A stretch of 64,000 nucleotides of DNA from Halorarum halobium (GTDB lineage Archaea; Halobacteriota; Halobacteria; Halobacteriales; Haloferacaceae): assembly GCF_032116555.1 (NCBI RefSeq), contig NZ_CP134949.1, forward strand, positions 1,736,001-1,800,000, given 5' to 3'. The first letter of the stretch is position 1, and each line of letters starts with the position of its first letter. Below, in pieces: positions 8,554-17,512 of this stretch. Made by a program: the position numbers and the translations under genes. The notes below the pieces were generated by a model, which did no database searches, was not told the DNA's origin, and saw only the letters and a list, made by a program, of their open reading frames with translations.

Positions 8554-10365
8554 CTACGGCTCCGCCCTTCCGGACCCGTCCCCCTCGTCGGGGACGGCGT
8601 CGTCCGCCGTGCCGTTCTCCGGTCCCTCGGCGTCTTGGGATCCGTGTTCGTCCGGTGACCCGTGCTCGTCCGGTGACCCGTGCTCGTCCGGTGATCCACG
8701 CTCGTCCGGTGATCCATCGTCGTCGGTCGGTCCCGTCGTCGATCGCGCCTCCGTCGTCGCCGCGATCCGGTCCATCACCCGGTCGGGGTTCGAGTAGTAC
8801 TCGTTGACCAGCGCCGTGAACCGGCGGTAATCGGAGATCCCCCGTTCGCGGAGGTGTTCGAGGAACGTCCGCCTGTTCCGGAGCTCCGAGAGGAGTTCCG
8901 ACCGCGACCAGCCGCGCTCCTCCTGGATCTCCTCGAGCAGGTCCGAGTCGCTCCGGCGGAACGAGTCGTCCTCCGGGTCCCACGAGAACGACGACGAGTA
9001 GTCGAGTTCGCCGGTCCGCTGGTCGATGCCGCCGATCTCGCCGACCGTCCGCGCGCGGCGAACCCGCTCGTTCCCGAATCGGGTGAGCGTCTGGATGGAG
9101 AGCAGATCGAGGCTCTGGACCATCGCGCGGGGCACGTTGATCGGCTCGTTCTCCAGCCGGTTGATCACCGTCTCGATGGAGTCGGCGTGCATCGTGGAGA
9201 ACGTCGTGTGCCCGGTGTTCATCGCCTGGAACAGCGTCACCGCCTCCGCGCCGCGCACCTCGCCGACGATGATGTACTCCGGCCGGTGGCGCAGCGCCGA
9301 CCGCAGCAGGTCGTACATGTCGATGTCCGTGCCCTCGTGGAGCCGCTCGCGCGTGACCGAGGAGAGCCAGTTGTCGTGATACAGCGACAGTTCGCGGGTG
9401 TCCTCGATGGTGAGCACCTTCGAGCGCGGGGGGATGAACATCGAGACGGCGTTCATCGAGGTGGTCTTGCCCGACGCCGTCCCGCCCGCGAAAATGAGGC
9501 TCTTGTTGTGCTCGATGCAGAGCCAGAAGTACGCCATCTGCTCGACGCTGAACGTGCCGTACTCGATCAGGTCGATGGGCGTGAACGGCTCGTCGGCGTA
9601 CTGTCGGATGGTGAACGCCGAGCCGCGCGGGGTCACCTCCTCGCCGAGCGCGAGTTCGGCACGCGAGCCGTCGGGAAGCGTCGTCTCGACGATGGGGTCC
9701 CCGACCGAGATGTGCCGGCCGGACCGCTGGGCGAGCCTGATGACGTAGTCGTCCAGTTCGTCCCGCCCGAAGGCGACGTTCGTCTCGATGTCCGTGTACT
9801 CGTCGTGGTAGACGAACAGCGGGAGGTCGTAGCCGTCACACGAGACGTCCTCGATGTGGCGGTCGTTGAGCAGCGGGTCGACCTTGCCGTACCCCCGAAA
9901 GTCCCGCCTGAGGTAGTAGAACAGCGTGTGGTAGGTCGCCATGTCCGCGTCGACGCCGTACTGTTCGAGCAGCGTCTCCAGTTCCTCCCGGAGCGTCTCC
10001 TCGTCCGCCCGCTCCGAGTCGCTTCGGAACAGCAGCGGGTCCCTGATGTCGTCGACGACGCGTTCGAGGAGCGTTCGCTGGAACCCGTCGAGTTCGGGTT
10101 CGACGACATGGTACCGGCGTTCGCTCTCCTCGGGGTCGCGGCTGATGACGACGTAGGCGTAGGGGGCGTTCACCCAGTAGCGGTCGATCTCCTCGTGGCC
10201 GTCCGGGACCGAAAACGACGCCAGCGGGCCGTCCTCGCCGGGCCGGAACGGCCTCACCTCGAGATCCGTTCCACGGAGCATCTCGATGGTGCGGGCGATG
10301 CGGCGGCGGAGCGCCCCCAGCCGCCCATCAGCCCCCCCATCGGCGTCCGCGAGTTCCCCCGACAT
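8554..10365 (-). CDS. pilB: Type II/IV secretion ATPase (PilB/VirB11-like)
   Basis: Walker A GGTASGKTT, IEDTREL, LRHRPEYIIVGEVRG, TGH..STMHA; ATG at 10365 fits the TATA spacing. Confidence 0.92.
   Translation of the reverse strand: MSGELADADGGADGRLGALRRRIARTIEMLRGTDLEVRPFRPGEDGPLASFSVPDGHEEIDRYWVNAPYAYVVISRDPEESERRYHVVEPELDGFQRTLLERVVDDIRDPLLFRSDSERADEETLREELETLLEQYGVDADMATYHTLFYYLRRDFRGYGKVDPLLNDRHIEDVSCDGYDLPLFVYHDEYTDIETNVAFGRDELDDYVIRLAQRSGRHISVGDPIVETTLPDGSRAELALGEEVTPRGSAFTIRQYADEPFTPIDLIEYGTFSVEQMAYFWLCIEHNKSLIFAGGTASGKTTSMNAVSMFIPPRSKVLTIEDTRELSLYHDNWLSSVTRERLHEGTDIDMYDLLRSALRHRPEYIIVGEVRGAEAVTLFQAMNTGHTTFSTMHADSIETVINRLENEPINVPRAMVQSLDLLSIQTLTRFGNERVRRARTVGEIGGIDQRTGELDYSSSFSWDPEDDSFRRSDSDLLEEIQEERGWSRSELLSELRNRRTFLEHLRERGISDYRRFTALVNEYYSNPDRVMDRIAATTEARSTTGPTDDDGSPDERGSPDEHGSPDEHGSPDEHGSQDAEGPENGTADDAVPDEGDGSGRAEP
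8638..8716 (-). repeat. 18-bp tandem repeat encoding (GSPDE[R/H]) x4 in the PilB C-terminal tail
   Basis: Units such as cgtgctcgtccggtgacc repeated; protein reads GSPDERGSPDEHGSPDEHGSPDEHGSQD. Confidence 0.85.
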
Positions 10366-10395
10366 GCCGTGATCGTCGGTCGTTTGGCGCACCCG

Positions 10396-10403
10396 TACTT
10401 AAA
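10396..10403 (-). promoter_or_regulatory. TATA box for pilB-pilC
   Basis: TTTAAGTA on the minus strand about 30 nt upstream of ATG 10365. Confidence 0.55.
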
Positions 10404-10490
10404 TCCGGCACCGCCGGTTAGCGGAATTGATACTCGCCGGCTCGGCGGTCTCGTGGGCCGACGGAGGCCTCCCCGACGTCGAACCGAGCG

Positions 10491-11024
10491 TCACTCCACA
10501 CGGTCCGCCCGGAGCAACAGCACGCCGAAGGCGAGGTAGAACGGAACGCCGAGCGGGATCGAGGTCCCCGCCAGCCCGCCGCCGACGCCGAGGTCGACGC
10601 CGAAGAGCCCGCCCGTCAGCAGGACCGAGGCGACCCCGAAGACGACCCCCGTCGCGGTCAGCAGGCTGCCGAGCAGACGGACGGGATCGACCGACCAGGA
10701 TTCGGCTCGCGCTTCCTCGCGGTAGTAGTGGACGGAGACCGCGACTGCGACGAGCAGCACCCCGGCCCCCACGAGCCACGCCGCGTACGCGCCGGCGACC
10801 GACTGGCCCGCCTGCAGCTGGTAGGCGGAGAGCGGATCCCGGAGGCTGGTCGCGCGTGCCAGCGGGACGCCGAACGCGTACTGGATCTCCAGCAGCGGGA
10901 AGCGGACGAGGAGGATGCTCCCGCCGCCGACGCTGCCGTGGAACACGTTCCACGGGATGAGCACGGAGAGCCACGTCGAGAGCACCGCCAGTTCGGGCGC
11001 GTACTCCGAGCGGACCCAGACCAT
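10491..11024 (-). CDS. Conserved haloarchaeal membrane protein
   Basis: Starts MVWVRSEYAPELAVLSTWL; 4-5 hydrophobic segments. Confidence 0.75.
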   Translation of the reverse strand: MVWVRSEYAPELAVLSTWLSVLIPWNVFHGSVGGGSILLVRFPLLEIQYAFGVPLARATSLRDPLSAYQLQAGQSVAGAYAAWLVGAGVLLVAVAVSVHYYREEARAESWSVDPVRLLGSLLTATGVVFGVASVLLTGGLFGVDLGVGGGLAGTSIPLGVPFYLAFGVLLLRADRVE

Positions 11025-11227
11025 ACGCGGCGACCGGCACGGGACGACATAAAACCGAGTGAACTGGCCGTGGCCGTGAATCCGGTCGAGACTGGACCGA
11101 GCGGCGAGGCCCGAGAGCCGACGAGCCGGCCGATGCGACACGCAGACGCGACCGGCCGAGTTGGCCGAACCGCACCATCACTCTGCGTTACGTTCATACT
11201 CGTGTGCCACCACGGCTCCAGTACGGA

Positions 11228-11701
11228 ATGAGGCGCGACTACTTCGAACTGGCCGTCGAGCAGATCGGATGGGTGGATTCTGACGGAGACCCGCGGAAAC
11301 CACACGTGTACATCGATTTCCACGGACCGGACGGTCTGCTTCGAGAGCGCCTCACGGGCACCGAGGACGGCCTGCTGGACGGCGAGGAGATCGACGTCGC
11401 GTTCCGGCTCCAGACGTCCCACGAGGAGGACCCGGACGCGGCCGGCGTCGTCGGCGTCACGAACCGCATCACCGGCGACTTCGTGCTGGAACTGAACCAG
11501 GCCGCGGCCGACGTCCTCCAGTTCATCCGCGCGGCCCGCGAGTACGGCCAGCAGAACGACGGCGACGGGGGTTACCGCGTCGAGATCACGGTCGAAGGGG
11601 AGCCGCTCGTCTCCTACGAGAAGGAGACGTTCCTCGTCTACGACCCCGAGGGGAACCTCCTCCGGCGCGAGAGCCTCATCCCCTCGGGCGTCGAACTGTG
11701 A
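11228..11701 (+). CDS. Conserved haloarchaeal protein (DUF5793-like)
   Basis: Starts MRRDYFEL, ends SLIPSGVEL; family recalled, not searched. Confidence 0.75.
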   Translation: MRRDYFELAVEQIGWVDSDGDPRKPHVYIDFHGPDGLLRERLTGTEDGLLDGEEIDVAFRLQTSHEEDPDAAGVVGVTNRITGDFVLELNQAAADVLQFIRAAREYGQQNDGDGGYRVEITVEGEPLVSYEKETFLVYDPEGNLLRRESLIPSGVEL

Positions 11702-11792
11702 GGGCGAGTCTGCCTCAACCCCGACTCCGAACCATCTCGACCGGGCGCCCGAACCGGAACGTCCATGCCCCGGTCGGTCCCACCTGGTTCCA

Positions 11793-12422
11793 GTGAAGAA
11801 CGTCACCGACCGCGTCTCGAACCCGTTCGGGATGGAGCCGGACTGTGACCGGTTCGTCCCCGGGTACGGCGACGCAAACGCCGACTTCCACGTCGTCGGC
11901 GACCACCCGGGCGTCCACGGCGGCGTCGACGCCGGCGTCCCGTTCACCGGCACTCCCGCGGCCGAGCGGTTCCAGGCCGCCCTGGTCGAAGCGGGCCTGC
12001 TGGAAGCGGCCGGGGATGCACCCGACGTGAACTCGACGTTCCTCTCGTATCTCCACATGTGCGTTCCCGACGGCGAGCCGTCGGCCGGCGAGTACGCCGA
12101 CATGGAGCGGTTCTTCGACGCGGAACTGCGCGCCATCGCGGCCCACGTCCTGCTTCCGGTCGGTGCCCGCGCGACCGAGCACGTGCTGGAGACGTACACG
12201 GCCCAGGCCTGGAAGACCGAGATCGACATGCGGGGGCTCCACGGGGCTGAACTCCGGGGGTCAGGGTGGCTGGTCCTCCCGATCCTCGACCCGGTCGAGT
12301 GGGAGGAAGGAGACGCCGCCGACCTCGTCGAAGCCATCGAGACGATGCGCTCGACCGACTATCGCAGGGAGTCCGATCTGGGTCGGTTCATCGCTGGCGA
12401 GGACCCGTACCTCGTCCGCTGA
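11793..12422 (+). CDS. Uracil-DNA glycosylase superfamily protein
   Basis: VPGYGDANADFHVVGDHPG..GVPFTG and AHVLLPVG resemble family-4/5 UDG motifs; GTG start. Confidence 0.75.
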   Translation: MKNVTDRVSNPFGMEPDCDRFVPGYGDANADFHVVGDHPGVHGGVDAGVPFTGTPAAERFQAALVEAGLLEAAGDAPDVNSTFLSYLHMCVPDGEPSAGEYADMERFFDAELRAIAAHVLLPVGARATEHVLETYTAQAWKTEIDMRGLHGAELRGSGWLVLPILDPVEWEEGDAADLVEAIETMRSTDYRRESDLGRFIAGEDPYLVR

Positions 12423-12649
12423 GACGCCAAGTATTGACGGTCGACCCCGGTTTTTTGTGGGTTGGTAGCATCCGTGTCACCGGCGGCCATCCGAACGCGT
12501 CTGACTGTCAGACCGCACGCGTCTCGGCGACGTCCGCCGTCTATGATTGGTGCTCGCCGGCCGTGGCATGCGGCCGGCAACGCGCTTTCTCGCCGCGAAC
12601 CGACCGCTCGACAGCGCGACGCTCGCCACCGGTGCGGCGCCGGCTCGTC

Positions 12650-12720
12650 GGACCGACGGGACCCTCCCGAGTTCGGGACCGACGGGAGCCTTCCGAGTTC
12701 GGGACCGATGGAACCTCCTG
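12650..12720. repeat. 26-bp imperfect tandem repeat (about 2.7 copies), intergenic
   Basis: ggaccgacgggaccctcccgagttcg / ggaccgacgggagccttccgagttcg / ggaccgatggaacctcctg. Confidence 0.8.
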
Positions 12721-12773
12721 CGGCTTGACGGCCGATGGGAACTCTCTTGGGTCCCGACGGCCCACTCGGGTGC

Positions 12774-13772
12774 GTGAAGCGCATCCGCCTGCACAACACC
12801 GTCTTCGAGGGGTTGAACGACGTGTATCTCCTCGACGGCGAGGAGACGGTGCTCGTCGATACCGGCGTCGCCCTCCCCGAGGTGCGCTCGGAACTTGAGG
12901 AGGGCCTGTCGGCCCACGGCGTCGCGCTGGCCGACGTCGACCGCGTGTTCCTCACCCACTGGCACCTCGACCACGCCGGCCTCGCCGGCGAGATCCAGGC
13001 AGAATCCGGCGCGAGCGTCCACGTCCACGAGGCCGACGCGCCGCTCGTCTCCGGCGAGGAACCCTCCCTGCTCGAGGACCACCCCGGACAGCGCGAGACG
13101 TTCGCGGAGTGGGGCATTCCGCGCGGGAAGCGGACGGAACTCATGGCATTCCTCGAGGAGCAGATGGACCTGGGCGGCGACCCCGCCGACGTGACGCCCT
13201 TTGCTGACGGCGACACGTTCGACGTGAACGGCCGGACGCTGGAGGCGGTTCACCTGCCCGGCCACGCCGCCGGACTCTCGGCGTTCGCGGACGAGGCCGC
13301 CGGCGAGGCGTTCGTCGGCGACGCGATCCTCCCGAAGTACACGCCGAACGTGGGCGGCGCGGACGTCCGTGTCGACTCCCCCCTCGCCAGGTACGTCGAC
13401 AGCCTCGTCGAGATCGTCGGGCGCGACTGGGACGTCGCGTGGCCGGGCCACCGCGACCGCATCGACGACCCGGCCGGCCGCGCGGCGACGATCCTCCAGC
13501 ACCACCGCGACAGGACGGGGAACGTCGTCGACGTGCTCGACGCGCGCGGGGCGTCGACGCCGTGGGAGGTCAGCGCGGAACTGTTCGGCTCCCTCGAGGC
13601 GATCCACGTGCTCCACGGCCCCGGCGAGGCGTTCGCACACCTCGATCACCTCGCGGACGCCGGCGTCGTCGAGCGCGACGGCGGGCGCTACCGTCTCGTC
13701 GACCCTGCGGTCGACGTCGACGCGCTGTTCCCGGACGTGGGCATCGAGCGCGTGGTCGAGTTCGAGGAATGA
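12774..13772 (+). CDS. MBL-fold metallo-hydrolase
   Basis: LVDTG, THWHLDHAG, PGHAAG, VGDAIL, PGH motifs; C-terminal winged-helix-like region; GTG start. Confidence 0.9.
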   Translation: MKRIRLHNTVFEGLNDVYLLDGEETVLVDTGVALPEVRSELEEGLSAHGVALADVDRVFLTHWHLDHAGLAGEIQAESGASVHVHEADAPLVSGEEPSLLEDHPGQRETFAEWGIPRGKRTELMAFLEEQMDLGGDPADVTPFADGDTFDVNGRTLEAVHLPGHAAGLSAFADEAAGEAFVGDAILPKYTPNVGGADVRVDSPLARYVDSLVEIVGRDWDVAWPGHRDRIDDPAGRAATILQHHRDRTGNVVDVLDARGASTPWEVSAELFGSLEAIHVLHGPGEAFAHLDHLADAGVVERDGGRYRLVDPAVDVDALFPDVGIERVVEFEE

Positions 13773-14036
13773 GCGGCCGGATCCAGCCGGTCCACGGAGG
13801 GTTCGATCTTCAAGCACTGGCGCGCGGCGACGGCCGCGGGAGCCGACAGGCGGGGGCGTTCGGGGCGGCCGACGTGACGGCGAAACGGGGACCGTAGCCG
13901 ACGGCCGTGGGGCTGTTACGGCCGCCACGGAACCGGAGAACGCGACCGGACGGACCGTTCCACGGCCCGCGACCGACGCGACGTCCGAAGACGCAGGAAC
14001 ACAACACTAAAACACGCCCTCGGCCAAGAATCCCCC

Positions 14037-14333
14037 ATGGAACTCCGCGTTTTGGACAAGACGGACGAGGAACTCCGCATCGAGGTCGCGGGCGAGGACC
14101 ACACGTTCATGAACGTGCTCAAGGGCGCACTGCTGGAGTCCGACGGCGTCACCGCGGCGACCTACGACATGAACCCCGAGCAGTCCGGCGGTCAGACCGA
14201 GCCGATCCTCTCGATCAAGACCGAGGCGGGCGTCGACCCGCTCGACGCGCTGGAGGACGCCTCCGACGCAGTGAGCGACCGGATGGGAACGCTGTACGAG
14301 GACATCGAGGACGCGTTCGCCTCGGCCGCCTGA
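14037..14333 (+). CDS. rpoL: DNA-directed RNA polymerase subunit L (Rpo11)
   Basis: [34 protein letters not shown]. Confidence 0.95.
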   Translation: MELRVLDKTDEELRIEVAGEDHTFMNVLKGALLESDGVTAATYDMNPEQSGGQTEPILSIKTEAGVDPLDALEDASDAVSDRMGTLYEDIEDAFASAA

Positions 14334-14370
14334 ACCGGACTCGAACGCCGGACGGATCGCTCGCGCCGAC

Positions 14371-14919
14371 TCAGTTCTCACGGACTCGCTCGCCCGCCCG
14401 CACCGGAACGTCCAGCCAGTTCGCCGTCGGGATCAGCGGACACTCGTAGGCCCCCGAGTACGCGCAGTACGGGCTGTACGCGCCGTTGAAGTCGAGCACC
14501 CACTCGCCGTCGTCGGTGCGGTCGTCCGGGTCCTCCAGGTCGAGGTACCTGCCGGCCGGATACGTCTCCTCGCCGCTCGTCGCGTCGCGGAACGGCACCC
14601 AGAGGCGACCCTCGTCGCCCGGTGACCGGTAGGCCTGCAGCGTCACCGACTCGCCGGCCAGTTCGAACCGGAACTCGCCGACCGCGAGGTAGCGCCGCTC
14701 GCCGTCCTGCGTCGTCTCGACGGTGATCTCCTCCGGGTCGTCGTGCTCGTGCAGGGTCGTGACGATCCGGTAGTCGGGATCCGGGTCGAAGTAGTCGAGG
14801 CCATCGAACTCGTCGCGGTCCGCTTGCGGTATGGGGGACTGCGGGTGCTCCGCGAAGAACTCGTCCTTGTGTCGACGCTGCTCGCGGACCGCCTCGACGT
14901 ACTCCTCCTCGGTGCTCAT
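14371..14919 (-). CDS. DUF1684 family protein
   Basis: PFRDATSGEETYPAGRYL and LDFNGAYSPYCAYS..CPL motifs. Confidence 0.88.
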   Translation of the reverse strand: MSTEEEYVEAVREQRRHKDEFFAEHPQSPIPQADRDEFDGLDYFDPDPDYRIVTTLHEHDDPEEITVETTQDGERRYLAVGEFRFELAGESVTLQAYRSPGDEGRLWVPFRDATSGEETYPAGRYLDLEDPDDRTDDGEWVLDFNGAYSPYCAYSGAYECPLIPTANWLDVPVRAGERVREN

Positions 14920-15023
14920 GGACGGTATTCGGTTCTCGAACGGGAAGAAGCTACGTCGCTCGTGTGCAACCCCGATCCGAGACGTTCCCGGAAACGTCGC
15001 AGGGGTGGGCCTCCGGTCGCGTC

Positions 15024-15839
15024 TCAGCGTCTGATCGGCAGGGCACGCTCGTCGAGGTACCGCTTCACCTCGTCGATGCCGTACTCCTCGAAGTGGAAGA
15101 TCGACGCCGCGAGGCCCGCGTCCGCGCCGGCCTCGGTGAACACCTCGTACATGTCATCGGGACCGCCACAGCCCGACGAGGCGATGACGGGCGTCGAGAC
15201 GGTCTCACAGACCGCCTTCGTGAGTGGGATGTCGTAGCCGTCCCTGGTCCCGTCGGCGTCGATGGAGTTGACGAACAGTTCGCCCGCGCCGCGCTCCTCG
15301 GCCTCCGCGGCCCACGCGATCACGTCGAGGCCGGTCCCCTCGCTTCCCCCCTTCACGGTACACTCGAACCAGCAGGACTCGCCGTCCACCTCGACGTAGT
15401 GCTCGCCGCGCTCGTCGAACCGGCGCTTCGCGTCGACCGAGATGACGATACACTGGCTGCCGAACGACTCGGCCCCCCTCGTGATGAGCTCCGGGTTCGC
15501 GATGGCTCCCGAGTTGATCGACACCTTGTCCGCGCCGGCCCGGAGCGTCTCCTTGATGTCCTCCCGAGTCCGGATGCCGCCCCCGACGGTCAGCGGGATG
15601 AAGCACTCGTCCGCGACCGCCGAGACCGTATCGAGCATCGTCTCGCGGCCGTCCGAGGTGGCGGTGATGTCGAGGAAGACGAACTCGTCGGCGCCCGCCT
15701 CGTTGTACTTTTTCGCCAGTTCGACCGGGTCGCCGGTGTACTGCAGGTCCTCGAAGTTGACCCCGGTGTAGACGGCCGCCTCCCCGTCGTCGTCGAGGGC
15801 AACGTCGATGCAGGGGATGATGCGTTTCGTGAGGGGCAC
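15024..15839 (-). CDS. hisF: Imidazole glycerol phosphate synthase cyclase subunit
   Basis: KRIIPCIDV, GADEFVFLDIT, PLTVGGGI, NSIDADGTRDGYD, AASIFH. Confidence 0.97.
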   Translation of the reverse strand: MPLTKRIIPCIDVALDDDGEAAVYTGVNFEDLQYTGDPVELAKKYNEAGADEFVFLDITATSDGRETMLDTVSAVADECFIPLTVGGGIRTREDIKETLRAGADKVSINSGAIANPELITRGAESFGSQCIVISVDAKRRFDERGEHYVEVDGESCWFECTVKGGSEGTGLDVIAWAAEAEERGAGELFVNSIDADGTRDGYDIPLTKAVCETVSTPVIASSGCGGPDDMYEVFTEAGADAGLAASIFHFEEYGIDEVKRYLDERALPIRR

Positions 15840-15936
15840 TGTCCCGACGTTCGGTCCTGGGGCGTTTCACCGTTTCGACAGCGACAGTCGGAGCTCGGTC
15901 AGGACGATTAAGTACCGAGGCGTCGGAGGCTGGGGT

Positions 15937-16095
15937 ATGGCCGACCACCACGAGCACGAACACTATCGGGAGTTCGACGACGAGCGGATCACCTCGCCGA
16001 TGCAGTCGTTCGCGACGGGGCAGGTGCTCACGGGCGCGCTGATCGCGCTCGTCGGCATCGCGGTCGCGTTCGGCGTCCCGCTGCTTCTCGCCTGA
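15937..16095 (+). CDS. Small (52 aa) single-TM haloarchaeal protein
   Basis: MADHHEHEH..ERITSPMQSF followed by a C-terminal TM helix; TTAAGTA TATA-like box at 15908-15914. Confidence 0.7.
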   Translation: MADHHEHEHYREFDDERITSPMQSFATGQVLTGALIALVGIAVAFGVPLLLA

Positions 16096-16133
16096 ACGGC
16101 CGGATCGGGTGCCGCATCGGCCGACCGATCGCT

Positions 16134-17441
16134 TCAGGTCGACCCGTCTTCGACGCTCACCGTCACCGTTCCAGCCCCCTGGCTGGCGTCCGCCGATTCG
16201 ACGAACGACTCGTCGCCGAGGTACGCGACGACCGTCTCCGCGCCGACCCGCTCCGTCCTGATCGGTCCCTCGCCGGGTCGGGCCTTCCGCCACTCCGCGA
16301 ACGCCGCCTCGAACTCCGTCGCGTTCGCCCGGTCCTCGAACGTCAGCGCCCAGGCGTAGCCGACGGTCCGGCCGCTCGCGGACGTGTCCCTGAACGCGAC
16401 GCGGCGGTCGCCGGCCCAGCCGTCGGCGCCCCACGCGGCGACGGATTCGTTCATCGGGCTCCCGAGCACGACGCGGACGAACAGTTCGCCGAACGAATCC
16501 CGACTCCCCGGAACGACCTCCCAGCCGTCACCGTCCCTCGAGGCCACGTCCGGGTTCTCGACCGGCTCGCTGCCCGGCTCCGCGCCGTGGATCAGCTCCT
16601 CGGTCGTCCGGGGCGGATCGCGGTAGATCTCCCGGGTCTCCGCGGGCGAGTCGACGCGGCGGTCCGCGTAGCGAGCGCCGAAGTAGTAGGGAGCGAGGCC
16701 GAACCGAACCGCGCCGCTGCCGTTCCGGTAGCGCTCGCCCATCGTTCGGATCGGCATCGCGTTGTCGGAGCCGTACCGCTCGGCGTAGGCCGACTCCGTG
16801 TACGTGGCGATCCCCTCGGTGATGCTGCGCTGGACCAGCGAGTCGTCGGTCGTGGGCCGGCCCGCGAGGACGCCTTCGGACGTCCGTCGGAACGCCCCGG
16901 TCCGGTACTGGACGACGTGGACCGACTCGTGGGCGAGCGTCCGCTCGGTGTCGCCGGTCCGGTTGAGGATGAGCCGGTTCACCGTCACCGTCTCGGGGCC
17001 GGAAACGTAGGCGGCGGCCGTCAGTGCGCGGTCCCGGTCCTCGGGAATCCTGATGCCGAGGAGCCGGTAGAACTCGGGGTAGCGGCTCGTCCCGATCCCC
17101 ATCCGCGCGTTCGGCTCGATCACCACTTCCTCGGGCGGGGCGGTGTCCGTCCGGTTCACCATGACCGTCACCCGCGCGTGGACGAGCGAGTAGTCCACCG
17201 GAAGCACACCGCCCTCAGTCTCGATGTCGTATGTGTCCGCGAGCGACCGGGGTGCCGGGGTCGCGTCCGGCTTCGTCGGCGTCGTCACCGTGGTCGCGTT
17301 CGGGGCTGGCGTTTCCGTCCGGTCGACGCCCGACGGGGCCCCGGCGCCGTCGGCGAGCGGTCCCGACGGACCGACCGAGCCGCCCGCGCCACAGCCCGCC
17401 AGGACGAGGAGAAGCGCGACGAGGACCGTGGTCGATCGCAT
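16134..17441 (-). CDS. Surface lipoprotein with a gluzincin-type metallopeptidase motif
   Basis: Signal peptide with lipobox LAGC, Thr/Pro linker, LAHESVH followed by ITEGIATY. Confidence 0.75.
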   Translation of the reverse strand: MRSTTVLVALLLVLAGCGAGGSVGPSGPLADGAGAPSGVDRTETPAPNATTVTTPTKPDATPAPRSLADTYDIETEGGVLPVDYSLVHARVTVMVNRTDTAPPEEVVIEPNARMGIGTSRYPEFYRLLGIRIPEDRDRALTAAAYVSGPETVTVNRLILNRTGDTERTLAHESVHVVQYRTGAFRRTSEGVLAGRPTTDDSLVQRSITEGIATYTESAYAERYGSDNAMPIRTMGERYRNGSGAVRFGLAPYYFGARYADRRVDSPAETREIYRDPPRTTEELIHGAEPGSEPVENPDVASRDGDGWEVVPGSRDSFGELFVRVVLGSPMNESVAAWGADGWAGDRRVAFRDTSASGRTVGYAWALTFEDRANATEFEAAFAEWRKARPGEGPIRTERVGAETVVAYLGDESFVESADASQGAGTVTVSVEDGST

Positions 17442-17512
17442 ACGAACCGATTGACGGCGAACTCCCTAAGCCTACTCCCGGCCCGTAACGGGGGTACTGC
17501 TGCTGGAGGGAG

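Noticed and set aside
5753..8983. 1076-aa ORF suggesting a giant methyltransferase fusion
   Set aside because: Only the last ~226 codons (from ATG 6433) look like protein; the rest is an alternative frame over pilC and pilB
12650..12720. Possible mini-CRISPR
   Set aside because: Units are directly adjacent with no unique spacers, and there are no cas genes in the window
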